Positions 1-8,781 of a stretch of DNA of 40,873 nt are shown here, piece by piece. The DNA lies in assembly GCA_035559535.1 (NCBI GenBank), contig DATMBG010000025.1, positions 62,001-102,873 of the forward strand, in the 5' to 3' direction. The stretch comes from Candidatus Limnocylindrales bacterium (GTDB taxonomy: Bacteria > Moduliflexota > Moduliflexia > Moduliflexales > JAUQPW01). The stretch's first letter is position 1, and each line of letters starts with the position of its first letter. Position numbers and translations under genes: made by a program. The notes beneath the pieces were generated by a model. The model saw only the letters and a program-made list of their open reading frames with translations, was not told the DNA's origin and did no database searches.

Positions 1-989
1 TAGCCATTCATCTGGAGATGGAGGTGAAGGGGAGTGAAGTCTATCTGGATTTTTCCAAAAGCAGTCCTCCCTGTCGAGGGCCGTTGAACAGTGTCCTGAG
101 CACAACCATAGCCGGGGTTTATATTGCTTTTAAGCATATCTTTCCTGATGTGCCCATCAATGCCGGATGTTTTCGACCTTTTTCTTTTAACATTCCTCCC
201 ACGACTTTTCTCAATGCACAACCGCCTCGACCTGTATCCGGGTGCGCCGCTGAGGTCTGTCAGCGAATCATCGATGTCGTATTGGGTGCACTGAGCCAGG
301 CTATTCCGGAGAGATGTTATGCAGCCCCCATGGGGACGGTCACAAATCTCTCGGTGGGCGGAGAAGATCCGGCCAAGGGATACTTTGTTTTTTACTCTTT
401 TATCGGAGGGGGATACGGCGGAAATTACCTTACAGATGGATTGATCAACGGTAATCCTACCATTGCCCTGGCTCGAACTCAAGCTTTGGAGATTTTTGAA
501 GCCCGTTATCCGGTTCTATTTACCCAATATGCCATTCGGGAGGGATCTGGAGGAGCTGGTATGCGTCGGGGAGGACTTGGGGTTATTTTTGAGTTTCAAC
601 TTAGGCGGGGAACGGCTAGTGCCTCTCTCCTTGGGGACCGGGGGCGCTTTGCTCCTTTCGGAGTCCTTAAAGGAAAACCGGCCAAATCTGCAAAACATAC
701 TTTCCTGCTTCAGGGAAAAGAATACTTTCCTCCCCATATCAGCAAAGATGAAGGGATACCGATGCAGGCGGGAGACCGGTTAAGATTGGAAACCCCTGGG
801 GGAGGAGGCTATGGGGATCCGCTGGACCGTCCGCCAGAATTGGTTTTGCAAGATGTTCAGCGTGGATACTACGATCGGGAAATAGCAAAGCAAGAGTACG
901 GAGTCTTGATCAAAGAAGGAAACCAGGAGGTTGATAGAGAAGGGACTGCAAAGTTACGGGCATCCCTTCGTCCTAAGGAGGAACTATGA
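1..989 (+). CDS. Hydantoinase B/oxoprolinase family protein, 5'-truncated by the window edge
   Basis: The frame is open upstream of ATG18 (GCC ATT CAT CTG GAG ATG). Motifs GGGYGG, EIFEARYP, GSGGAGxxRGG and TPGGGGYGDPLDRP...VLQDV..GY are typical of the C-terminal half of this family. Confidence 0.88.
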   Translation, partial: AIHLEMEVKGSEVYLDFSKSSPPCRGPLNSVLSTTIAGVYIAFKHIFPDVPINAGCFRPFSFNIPPTTFLNAQPPRPVSGCAAEVCQRIIDVVLGALSQAIPERCYAAPMGTVTNLSVGGEDPAKGYFVFYSFIGGGYGGNYLTDGLINGNPTIALARTQALEIFEARYPVLFTQYAIREGSGGAGMRRGGLGVIFEFQLRRGTASASLLGDRGRFAPFGVLKGKPAKSAKHTFLLQGKEYFPPHISKDEGIPMQAGDRLRLETPGGGGYGDPLDRPPELVLQDVQRGYYDREIAKQEYGVLIKEGNQEVDREGTAKLRASLRPKEEL

Positions 990-2803
990 TAAAAAAATTT
1001 AACTGGCTGCTGATTATTCTCATGGGTTTGATAAGTTCGTCGTGGTTTGAAAATGGTAAAGCTGAAGAGGTAACCGATGCTCGCCTGCTCGAAGCCTATC
1101 AAGACAAAAAAAATTGGCGCCTCTATGGCCATGACTACTCCAACCAACGCTATAGCCCCCTTGACCAGATCAACGTAGAGAATGTCAAAAACCTGACTCC
1201 TCGATGGATCTTCCAAACAGGAAAGATCGGATCTTTTCAAACCAATCCTTTGGTGGTGGATGGGGTCATGTATGTAACCACCCCTTTTAATCATGTAGTC
1301 GCTTTGGATGCCAGGACGGGCAAACAGATTTGGCGGTATGAGCACAAGCTTCGTACGGAAAAGTTTTGTTGTGGACCGGCCAATCGAGGAGTGGCCGTGG
1401 GTTATGGAAAAGTATACATGGCGACCATCGACGCCCGGTTGATTGCCCTGGATCAAAGGACGGGACAGGTGGTATGGGATAGAGAAATCACGGATCCTGA
1501 AGCCGGAAAACGTGAGACGGTAGAGGCGGTACTGGGAGTTAAAGAATTTCAGGGAGGAACCGTTACCGGGGCTACTGGATATAGCTCCAATATGGCTCCC
1601 ATGATTTATAAGGGAAAGGTTATAGTAGGAACCATGGGGGTCGGCTATGGGTTGCACATGAACCTTAAAGAAGGAGACCAACAACTCCATACGGCGATTG
1701 GAATCTCCGGGGGAGAATATGGCTTGCGAGGTTTTCTGGCCGCTTACGATGCTCAAAGTGGAAAAGAAATCTGGAGATGGTATACCATTCCTGAGAAGGG
1801 TTGGGAAGGGGAATGGCGAACTACAACCCTGGAAGGAGAAGATCTCCATCGGGATATCGAAGCAGAAAAGGTTGCTTTTAAAAAATATTTCCAGACCTGG
1901 AAGGTAGGCGGTGGTTCCGTATGGTCGGCCTCTGCTTTGGATCCTGAGTTGGGCTTCCTTTATGTAGGAACCGGAAATCCTTCTCCTCAAATGGATGATT
2001 CAACCCGTCCCGGGGATAATCTTTATACCGTAAGCCTGGTGGCCCTGGATGTGGAAACGGGGCAGCTCAAATGGTATTACCAACAGGTACCCCACGACCG
2101 GTGGGGCTATGATGTAGCAAGCCCGGCCATATTGTTCGATATCGTCCAGGATGGAAAAAAGATCCAGGCCGTGGGTCAGGCGGGCAAGACCGGATGGTTT
2201 TATATTCATGATCGACGAACCGGAAAACTTCTCCTGAAATCCGAACCGTTTGTCCCGCAAGAGAACCTATTTGCCAAACCTTCTCCCGAAGGAACCCGCA
2301 TTGCGCCCTCTGCAACCGGCGGCTCTTCCTGGTCACCTGTAGCCTATAGCCCGCAAACAGAGGCAGTTTATATCTCCGGGATTCACTTACCTGCCCGATA
2401 TATCTCCCGAACCTTAACCCCGGAAGAGAACAAACCGTGGGAAAGCTATACCTTTTTTATACAAATTAAAGAAGAACAATGGGGCACTTTTACGGCCATT
2501 CATACCTCTACGGGAAAGGTCCTATGGCAGAAAAAGATGGAGCAGCCTATGGTAGGAGGTGCCCTGGCAACGGCAGGGGGGCTGGTATTTACCGGTGAAG
2601 GAAACGGTTATTTCGATGCCTTCGATGCTAAAACCGGGGAGATCCTCTGGAGATTCCCCTGTGGAGCCGGAGTCAATGCCCCACCCATCTCCTATGAAGT
2701 CGATGGGACGCAATATATTGCCGTTGCTGCCGGAGGAAACTCGATTTTTGGATACCCTCTGGGAGATGATATCCTGGTCTTTGCCCTTCCAGAGAAGAAG
2801 TGA
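986..2803 (+). CDS. Periplasmic PQQ-dependent dehydrogenase (methanol/ethanol dehydrogenase fold), non-canonical active site
   Basis: Signal peptide, YGHDYSNQRYSPLDQIN, vicinal Cys pair (FCCGPANRG), GGEYG, GTGNPSP and W-docking repeats. RBS AAGGAGG; ATGA overlap with the upstream gene. Confidence 0.92.
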   Translation: MIKKFNWLLIILMGLISSSWFENGKAEEVTDARLLEAYQDKKNWRLYGHDYSNQRYSPLDQINVENVKNLTPRWIFQTGKIGSFQTNPLVVDGVMYVTTPFNHVVALDARTGKQIWRYEHKLRTEKFCCGPANRGVAVGYGKVYMATIDARLIALDQRTGQVVWDREITDPEAGKRETVEAVLGVKEFQGGTVTGATGYSSNMAPMIYKGKVIVGTMGVGYGLHMNLKEGDQQLHTAIGISGGEYGLRGFLAAYDAQSGKEIWRWYTIPEKGWEGEWRTTTLEGEDLHRDIEAEKVAFKKYFQTWKVGGGSVWSASALDPELGFLYVGTGNPSPQMDDSTRPGDNLYTVSLVALDVETGQLKWYYQQVPHDRWGYDVASPAILFDIVQDGKKIQAVGQAGKTGWFYIHDRRTGKLLLKSEPFVPQENLFAKPSPEGTRIAPSATGGSSWSPVAYSPQTEAVYISGIHLPARYISRTLTPEENKPWESYTFFIQIKEEQWGTFTAIHTSTGKVLWQKKMEQPMVGGALATAGGLVFTGEGNGYFDAFDAKTGEILWRFPCGAGVNAPPISYEVDGTQYIAVAAGGNSIFGYPLGDDILVFALPEKK

Positions 2804-2820
2804 ATTTGGCCCGACTCTTC

Positions 2821-2870
2821 AGGAATCAGGTACCAGGGGTCAGAAGTCAGAAGCTAGAAACGAGAATTCA
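2821..2870. repeat. Degenerate heptamer tandem repeat (CAGAAGT-like)
   Basis: aggaatcagg taccaggggt cagaagtcag aagctagaaa cgagaat shows 7-nt periodicity. Confidence 0.5.
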
Positions 2871-2920
2871 TAACCATACAATTTCCGTTTTGAAATACGC
2901 CATAAATCTTATCGTTTCTT

Positions 2921-2998
2921 CCCCGTTTGTCCTGAGTATGGCAGGGCTCCCTGTCAGAGGTTAAAGGTCATCCTTTGACCAGCCCAGGACGAACAGGG
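2921..2998. repeat. Palindromic intergenic element (GTCCTGAG...CAGGACGAAC type) with a nested hairpin
   Basis: Outer inverted repeat CCCCGTTTGTCCTGAG / CCCAGGACGAACAGGG and inner hairpin TGGCAGGG-CT-CCCTGTCA. Related to CCTTCGACAGGCTCAGGAC at about 27603. Confidence 0.6.
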
Positions 2999-3065
2999 TA
3001 CCTGGCCTGAAGGAATATTCAATTAGGAATTGGTAGGATTCCTGACTTCGTCCGCATAACAGAAG

Positions 3066-5012
3066 TTATCTTCCACCTGAAGCTGATACTGCAATATCTC
3101 CCGGCAGGCCCCAGGGGATTATGGTAAATTGAGTGAATTGAGAGGAAGAGGTAAGAATTCGCCATTCTCCTGGGGAAGCCCGGAAGATTCCCAGATCGGT
3201 TCGTCCATCCCCGTCGTAATCGGCCTGAACAGGTAAATCTCCTGGAGATCCCCAAACCCTTTGGATGATTTTACCGTTTTTGCGGATTCCTATCCAGGTT
3301 CCAGTACCAGGCCTCCAAACGGCTATATTGGCCAGACGGTCCCCATCGTAATCTCCCGGAACGGGAAGGTCTCCATTCTGCCCAAGAGTTTGCACCTTGA
3401 TAAAACCATTACTGGAATTAAGGATATACCAGGTTCCGCTGGAGGGTCTAAAAACGGCCAGATCGTCACTGCCATCTCCATCGTAATCGGCAGGAGCCGG
3501 AAGGTCTCCGGATATGCCCCAGACGGTTACTGCGGAACCACCCCCTGAGAAAAGTATCCACCATTCTCCGGTAGAAGATCTCCAGACGGCCCGGTCGGTT
3601 ATCCTGTCTCCATTATAATCCCCTGGAACCGGGGTGTCCTCTGAAGAGCCCCAGTTTTGAATATTCTCGGCCCCATTGAGCAAAACATGCCAGTCACCTG
3701 TGGAAGGTCGCCAAACGGCATAGTCTGCCGTTCCATTACCGTCATAATCCCCGGGAACCGGTATATCTCCAGGTAGCCCCAAGGGAACACTAAAGGTATT
3801 TCCTAATACCAGCCATTCTCCGGTGGAGGGTCTATATACCGCAATATCTGCTTTGCGATCGCCATTATAATCGGCTGCATCTGCAATGGGAACTGATAAG
3901 GCTAACCCTGGAGAAGGTACACGCATTATCGTTTGTCCCGAGTCGGGATGTACCATGAGTGATGACTCCTCTACGGCCTCGAAGTCTGAACCCTGAAGTT
4001 GATGGAGTTGGCGAAGATGATCGTTATCCCAGCGTTCATCCGGTACCCCGGAGAGAAACCAGGACGAGCCGTTATCGGCCAGAATCATTCCATATTTTTT
4101 TAGGGCCTGAAGGATGACCTGTACTTCAGGCGAAAAACCTGAAATATCAAAATCGGCCCGGAGACGAAAACGTTGACCCATGGGTGGATATTGAGCACCG
4201 GTGAGGCTGGAGGCGTAATGGCGGGCGGGCCAGAGGTACTCTTTACGGGTTTGTGGTGCCGTAAAACGAAGGGCATGCCGAATTTCACCGGAAGCTACTT
4301 CATCATAACGCACCAATCCCGGCAAGATGGGTAGACTGGCCGCATCAGCTGAGGTCCAACCGGCCGGTCGAAGCGCGTTAGATTTCAGGTCAAAGATCGC
4401 CCCTGAGTCTGCATACCAGCTTCCATTAGGTTGGGGAAAGGCATAATACATCTCGTATAGGATACAATTATCATAGTCCAACACCAAAACGTGACGGTCT
4501 CCACTGCTATTGCTACCCCCTTCAATGGGTGGATTGGGAGGAATAGGATACGGACCCGGGTCACTTTCGTCACTATACCCGAAGGTAACGGGTACCTTGG
4601 GCTGGGTCCCCGGTACCGTCGTATAGGGAATGCCTATAGGACCTCCATTCCAGGTTCCGGAGCCAAAGTCGGCATGAACATATTTCGTGGCCCCAATCGT
4701 GGAAATATAAGCCGCCGAATTGGGATCGACAGGTAGGGTATCTACGGGTACGTTCCATACATTATCGGCAGGAAAAACGGCACAGCCTGCTATCTGGGGA
4801 GATGCCAGAGAGGGGGTCGATAGAGTTCCCTGGACCAGGATACAGAAAACTAACGTAAATGAAACGGGGATTAGGCCCATCCCCTTTTGAGACCCACCCC
4901 TACAGGTAGGTTTGAAACCTGCTTTCCCAGGTGTGAAAAGGTCCGGAGGCTTGCTTCTCTGAGAAATTGATATTCCAACAAGGCCTGGTAAGATAAATAA
5001 ATGTGCTTTCAT
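3066..5012 (-). CDS. Secreted protein with an N-terminal FPADNxWN-type domain and C-terminal FG-GAP/VCBS-like Ca-binding repeats
   Basis: Six D-Y-[DN]-G-[DN]-x-x-x-[DN]-x-[AG]-[VI]-[WFY]-R repeats. RBS AAGGAG before ATG5012; hydrophobic segment PVSFTLVFCILVQG. Confidence 0.82.
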   Translation of the reverse strand: MKAHLFILPGLVGISISQRSKPPDLFTPGKAGFKPTCRGGSQKGMGLIPVSFTLVFCILVQGTLSTPSLASPQIAGCAVFPADNVWNVPVDTLPVDPNSAAYISTIGATKYVHADFGSGTWNGGPIGIPYTTVPGTQPKVPVTFGYSDESDPGPYPIPPNPPIEGGSNSSGDRHVLVLDYDNCILYEMYYAFPQPNGSWYADSGAIFDLKSNALRPAGWTSADAASLPILPGLVRYDEVASGEIRHALRFTAPQTRKEYLWPARHYASSLTGAQYPPMGQRFRLRADFDISGFSPEVQVILQALKKYGMILADNGSSWFLSGVPDERWDNDHLRQLHQLQGSDFEAVEESSLMVHPDSGQTIMRVPSPGLALSVPIADAADYNGDRKADIAVYRPSTGEWLVLGNTFSVPLGLPGDIPVPGDYDGNGTADYAVWRPSTGDWHVLLNGAENIQNWGSSEDTPVPGDYNGDRITDRAVWRSSTGEWWILFSGGGSAVTVWGISGDLPAPADYDGDGSDDLAVFRPSSGTWYILNSSNGFIKVQTLGQNGDLPVPGDYDGDRLANIAVWRPGTGTWIGIRKNGKIIQRVWGSPGDLPVQADYDGDGRTDLGIFRASPGEWRILTSSSQFTQFTIIPWGLPGDIAVSASGGR

Positions 5013-5154
5013 GGTTTGCTCCTTTCACTACCTTTCTACCACCCAGGTAGTGGATTGATGTATGAATATTAAGATAAATCCCCTTCCGATATGAGGACTT
5101 CTAAAGTTTTGGGGTCGGGTATTCGAAAAGTAACCCGGGTACAGTTTTCCTAAC

Positions 5155-5170
5155 AGCAAGGCATATGCCA
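5155..5170 (-). promoter_or_regulatory. Putative sigma54 (-24/-12) promoter for the FG-GAP gene
   Basis: Minus strand reads TGGCATATGCCTTGCT, with exact GG-N10-GC spacing against the consensus TGGCAC-N5-TTGCW, about 140 nt upstream of ATG5012. Confidence 0.6.
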
Positions 5171-5518
5171 CAAGGCATTCTCCCATCTTTACGAGTAGAA
5201 AGAACTTGAATAGAAAGAATACTTACAATTTTTGGAACTTTAAAGTTAACAGACTCGAAACTCTTCTAAGGCTCTCCGTCTCTCCGGTGTGGGTAGATCC
5301 TTCTCCTGAGACTATGCAAGCAACTGCATCCTGTTTCGCGAAAGAAAAGAGGAGTTATAAGGGTTTTATATCTGTGACGATGAAAGACCTGTACCCCCCT
5401 CAGTTTCCTACCTCGTTCCCGGTTGAGGTGATGCCTGGGAGGTGAGAAGATAGCATTACAGACCAAAATGTCATACCTGGCCTTATCAGAAAATCTTTAT
5501 CCCAAAGAAAGTTTTTCC

Positions 5519-5546
5519 TTGACAATCTTACAGGTACGTTTATGAT
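5519..5546 (+). promoter_or_regulatory. Putative sigma70 promoter upstream of the GMC dehydrogenase pair
   Basis: TTGACA-N16-TATGAT. Confidence 0.5.
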
Positions 5547-5872
5547 GCGCCTGGGTAGATATAAAAATCCAGAAGTCCTCAAGTTCCCTCATCATCCTCC
5601 AACAAGGGTAAAGCGTTAAGGCCTGCGATAAAGGTTGCCCCTCATACAAGACAGAAGAGCTGGAGCCGATCATTCTGAAATTTATAATTCCCACCCACAC
5701 CTTGCGCGCTCCGGTCGCCTGAGCCCGAAGGAATAGGGAACTGTAAGACTACCCGCGGAAAAAGTTTTTGCTGTGTGAAGAAAAGATTCTATTCCCTGAA
5801 GACGGTCGGAAGTTCATAACTTCTGTCGAAACCTTCCAGGGTTTATCACAGCAGGAAGGAGGCTAGGCGATA

Positions 5873-6697
5873 ATGGATAGGCGCAAGTTTTTGACCATTT
5901 TAGGCAGTACGGTAGCGGCGTTGGGCAGTGCGCATCTTTTTTCGGCAACGCCTTCATATGGTCGTAAATTAGGGACTTTGAAAAAGGCGTACACGTTTTT
6001 CACCCAGGCCGAGAGCGAATTTATCGAGGCAGCTGTTGCTCGGCTTATTCCGGCAGATGAGTTGGGACCAGGGGCTTTAGAGGCGGATGTTCCCTACTTC
6101 ATCGATCAGCAGCTCTCCGGGGAATATGGAGCCGGAGCAAGGTTTTATAATCAAGGACCCTTTGGAGCTACAACGCCATACCAGGGGTATCAGTTAGCCC
6201 TTACACCTCGGCAGCTTTACCGGGCAGGGATTGCGGCTACCGACCAATACTGTGAAGAAACCTACGGAAAACGCTTTGCCCAACTGGATCCTGAAAAGCA
6301 AGACGAGGTGTTAAAAGGACTCCAGGGAATTGCTGGAGATATTAGCCTTAAAGATGTCCCGGGAACTACTTTCTTCAACCACTTATTGAGCGATACGAAA
6401 GATGGGTTCTTCTCCGATCCGGCCTATGGAGGCAATAAGGATATGATAGGTTGGAAATTGGTTGGATTTCCGGGTGTACCGGCCATGTACATGGGCCTTA
6501 TCGGTCGTAATGAGCCTTACCATGTAGAACCGGTGGATTTACGGAGTTTGCAAGAGGCCAAAGCTCCTGTGGATGAGCATGGGCATGTCATTCATCGTCG
6601 GGCGGCTATACCCAGGCCAACTACGGCTCCTACTTCGCGTCCTGTGGACTCTTCCAATTCAGATGATTCGAGGCCAGAACCGAGTTTTGCGGTTTGA
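5873..6697 (+). CDS. Gluconate 2-dehydrogenase subunit 3 (gamma) family protein, Tat-exported
   Basis: MDRRKFL twin-arginine signal; RLIPADELGPGA, FIDQQL and GFFSDPAYGGNKDMIGWKLVGFPG motifs. Confidence 0.9.
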   Translation: MDRRKFLTILGSTVAALGSAHLFSATPSYGRKLGTLKKAYTFFTQAESEFIEAAVARLIPADELGPGALEADVPYFIDQQLSGEYGAGARFYNQGPFGATTPYQGYQLALTPRQLYRAGIAATDQYCEETYGKRFAQLDPEKQDEVLKGLQGIAGDISLKDVPGTTFFNHLLSDTKDGFFSDPAYGGNKDMIGWKLVGFPGVPAMYMGLIGRNEPYHVEPVDLRSLQEAKAPVDEHGHVIHRRAAIPRPTTAPTSRPVDSSNSDDSRPEPSFAV

Positions 6698-6824
6698 GGC
6701 CTGATTCAAATTAGAGGAAGTTTAGGGGTATAAGTCTGAGGACCGAAATAAACCTGAAACGTGTCAGGTAGCTATGAGGGAGGTATTTAGCCTTAACCTT
6801 CATGAGCTGCCTGAGGAGGGAATT

Positions 6825-8591
6825 ATGACCACCACATTAAAACCCGTAGATGTAGTCATTATTGGTGTTGGCTGGGCAGGCTCTATTCTGGCCAAAGAGT
6901 TGGCACAAACCGGTCTTAAGGTGGTCGGATTGGAGCGAGGGGGTAACCGAAGACAGGAGGATTTTACGCTACCCGGTATCCATGATCAACTCAAATATGA
7001 TCGTCGTCTGGAGTTATTCGAAAATCTTTCCCGTACGACCCTCACCTTCCGAAATACCACCCGGGAAGTCGCCCGACCTATGCGACGACATGGACCTTTT
7101 CCCTGGGGTGAAGGAGTTGGGGGAGCGGGGCTTCATTGGGCGGGCTGGACCTGGCGCATGACTCCCTGGGATTTTCAAATTAAAAGCCAGACTATAGCCC
7201 GATATGGGGAGAGAATGCTTCCAGAAGACTCCACCATCCAGGACTGGCCCATTACTTATGACGAGCTGGAACCTTACTATGATAAATTTGAATATACCTT
7301 AGGTATTTCCGGTAAGGCCGGCAATCTTAAAGGGGAGATCCAACCCGGGGGTAATCCTTTTGAAGGAAAGAGGGCCCGTGAATACCCAAATCCACCTCTG
7401 AAAAGAAGCTATGGCGAAACTTTGTTTGCCAATGCAACACGAGAACTCGGATACCATCCCTTCCCCATGCCTGCCGCACAAATGAGCCAACCCTATAAAA
7501 ATCCCGACGGGGTAACTCTGGGAGCCTGTGTATACTGCGGCTACTGTATGAATACAGGTTGTGAAGTTATGGCTAAAGCCGTTCCACAAACGACCACTCT
7601 TCCCGTAGCTTTGAAAACCGGAAATTTTGAGATACGGACCCATGCCGCAGTAACCCGAATAAATACTTCCGGAAATCGAGCCATCAGCGTCACTTATTTC
7701 GACGGTCAAGGGCGTGAACTTGAACAACCGGCAGATCTCATTCTGCTCACTGCCTTTACCTGGAGCAATACCCACCTGCTGCTGGTCTCCGGAATCGGTA
7801 AACCCTATAACCCGGCAACAGGAACCGGAGTTGTAGGAAAAAACTACTCCTGGCATAACGCCTTGCCCTATATCCCCCTTTATTATGATGAGGGTCACAT
7901 TTTCAATCCCTTTATGGGTGCCGGAGCTCTCGGTACGGTTATTGCCGATTTCCAGGGAGATAACTTTGATCACACAGGCCTCGGCTTCATCGGGGGAAAT
8001 ATCCTTGCGGCTATAGCCATGGGACATGGGCCCCTTACCTTTCAACCAACGCCTCCAGGAACCCCCAGTTGGGGTTCGGAATGGAAAAAAGCCCTGGCCC
8101 ATTATTATACCCGAACGATACAGATAATCGGACTGCATGACCATCTATCTTATCGCGGCAACTACATGGACCTTGACCCAAACTACCGGGATATTTATGG
8201 AAACCCACTCCTGCGCCTGACCTATGATTATGGTCCTAATGAACGGCGGATGTCAGAGTATCTGGTTAGTGTGGGTGACAAAATCGCCAAAGCCATGAGA
8301 CCCAGTAAATATGCCGTCTATGGATTAGATGCACATTTCAACGCAGGGGCCAGTTATGGTATTATCCATCAGGTCGGTGGAGCCATTACAGGAACTACTC
8401 CGGCAAATAGTGTCGTCAATAAGTATCTGCAAAGCTGGGATGTCCCCAATTTGTTCGTGATAGGTGCCAGTTCTTTCCCCCAGATCTCTTCCTTCAATCC
8501 AACCGGAACTGTAGGAGCCCTGGCCTATTTCGCAGCAGATGCCATCAAAAACAAATACCTCAAGAACCCAGGACCCCTGGTCCCCTCATAA
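6825..8591 (+). CDS. GMC-family flavoprotein, gluconate 2-dehydrogenase alpha-like
   Basis: GVGWAG dinucleotide-binding motif, GVGGAGLHW, Cys cluster CVYCGYCxxxGC and C-terminal H..GG / NPTGT. Start placed at ATG6825 because RBS GAGGAGG precedes it. Confidence 0.9.
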   Translation: MTTTLKPVDVVIIGVGWAGSILAKELAQTGLKVVGLERGGNRRQEDFTLPGIHDQLKYDRRLELFENLSRTTLTFRNTTREVARPMRRHGPFPWGEGVGGAGLHWAGWTWRMTPWDFQIKSQTIARYGERMLPEDSTIQDWPITYDELEPYYDKFEYTLGISGKAGNLKGEIQPGGNPFEGKRAREYPNPPLKRSYGETLFANATRELGYHPFPMPAAQMSQPYKNPDGVTLGACVYCGYCMNTGCEVMAKAVPQTTTLPVALKTGNFEIRTHAAVTRINTSGNRAISVTYFDGQGRELEQPADLILLTAFTWSNTHLLLVSGIGKPYNPATGTGVVGKNYSWHNALPYIPLYYDEGHIFNPFMGAGALGTVIADFQGDNFDHTGLGFIGGNILAAIAMGHGPLTFQPTPPGTPSWGSEWKKALAHYYTRTIQIIGLHDHLSYRGNYMDLDPNYRDIYGNPLLRLTYDYGPNERRMSEYLVSVGDKIAKAMRPSKYAVYGLDAHFNAGASYGIIHQVGGAITGTTPANSVVNKYLQSWDVPNLFVIGASSFPQISSFNPTGTVGALAYFAADAIKNKYLKNPGPLVPS

Positions 8592-8599
8592 AACAGAAA

Positions 8600-8631
8600 G
8601 TGGGCCGCTTTATGCGGCCCATTCTTTTTTT
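8600..8631 (+). terminator. Rho-independent terminator
   Basis: Stem-loop TGGGCCGC-TTTAT-GCGGCCCA followed by TTCTTTTTTT, just after the stop at 8591. Confidence 0.85.
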
Positions 8632-8781
8632 ATCCCGTTTCTCGCCTGACCCGCCTGATCGGCTTCTTCCGAGAGCACCGGCATCCTGACCTGCTCCTAC
8701 CCCATTAATCAACATTTTCCTTCATTATCAATGGATACTCTCTTGCCAAATCCGGGTTAATCCTCTTAGATTTACAGGTAG

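Noticed and set aside
869-1990. 373-aa antisense ORF (likewise 7299-8144, 25536-26261, 28263-28832, 34962-35438)
   Set aside because: These lie opposite well-supported genes and have no family motifs; they are shadow ORFs.
3100-3880. Regularly spaced DNA similarity (CCGTCxTAATC) that could suggest a CRISPR-like array
   Set aside because: It is the coding signature of the DYDGD FG-GAP protein repeats; copies vary at synonymous sites and no cas genes are present.
5206-5700. Four short ORFs (60-79 aa) in the divergent intergenic region
   Set aside because: No clear RBS or recognisable motif, they overlap each other, and two of them overlap the putative sigma70 promoter.
5728-5760. AATAGGGAA resembling the start of a cobalamin riboswitch
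   Set aside because: The following conserved elements (CGGTG..AATCCG, GCxACTG, B12 box) are absent.
5796-5845. Hammerhead-ribozyme-like core CTGAAGA...hairpin...GAAAC
   Set aside because: The base pair closing stem II would be C-C, and no NUH cleavage triplet is followed by a strand that can form stem I.
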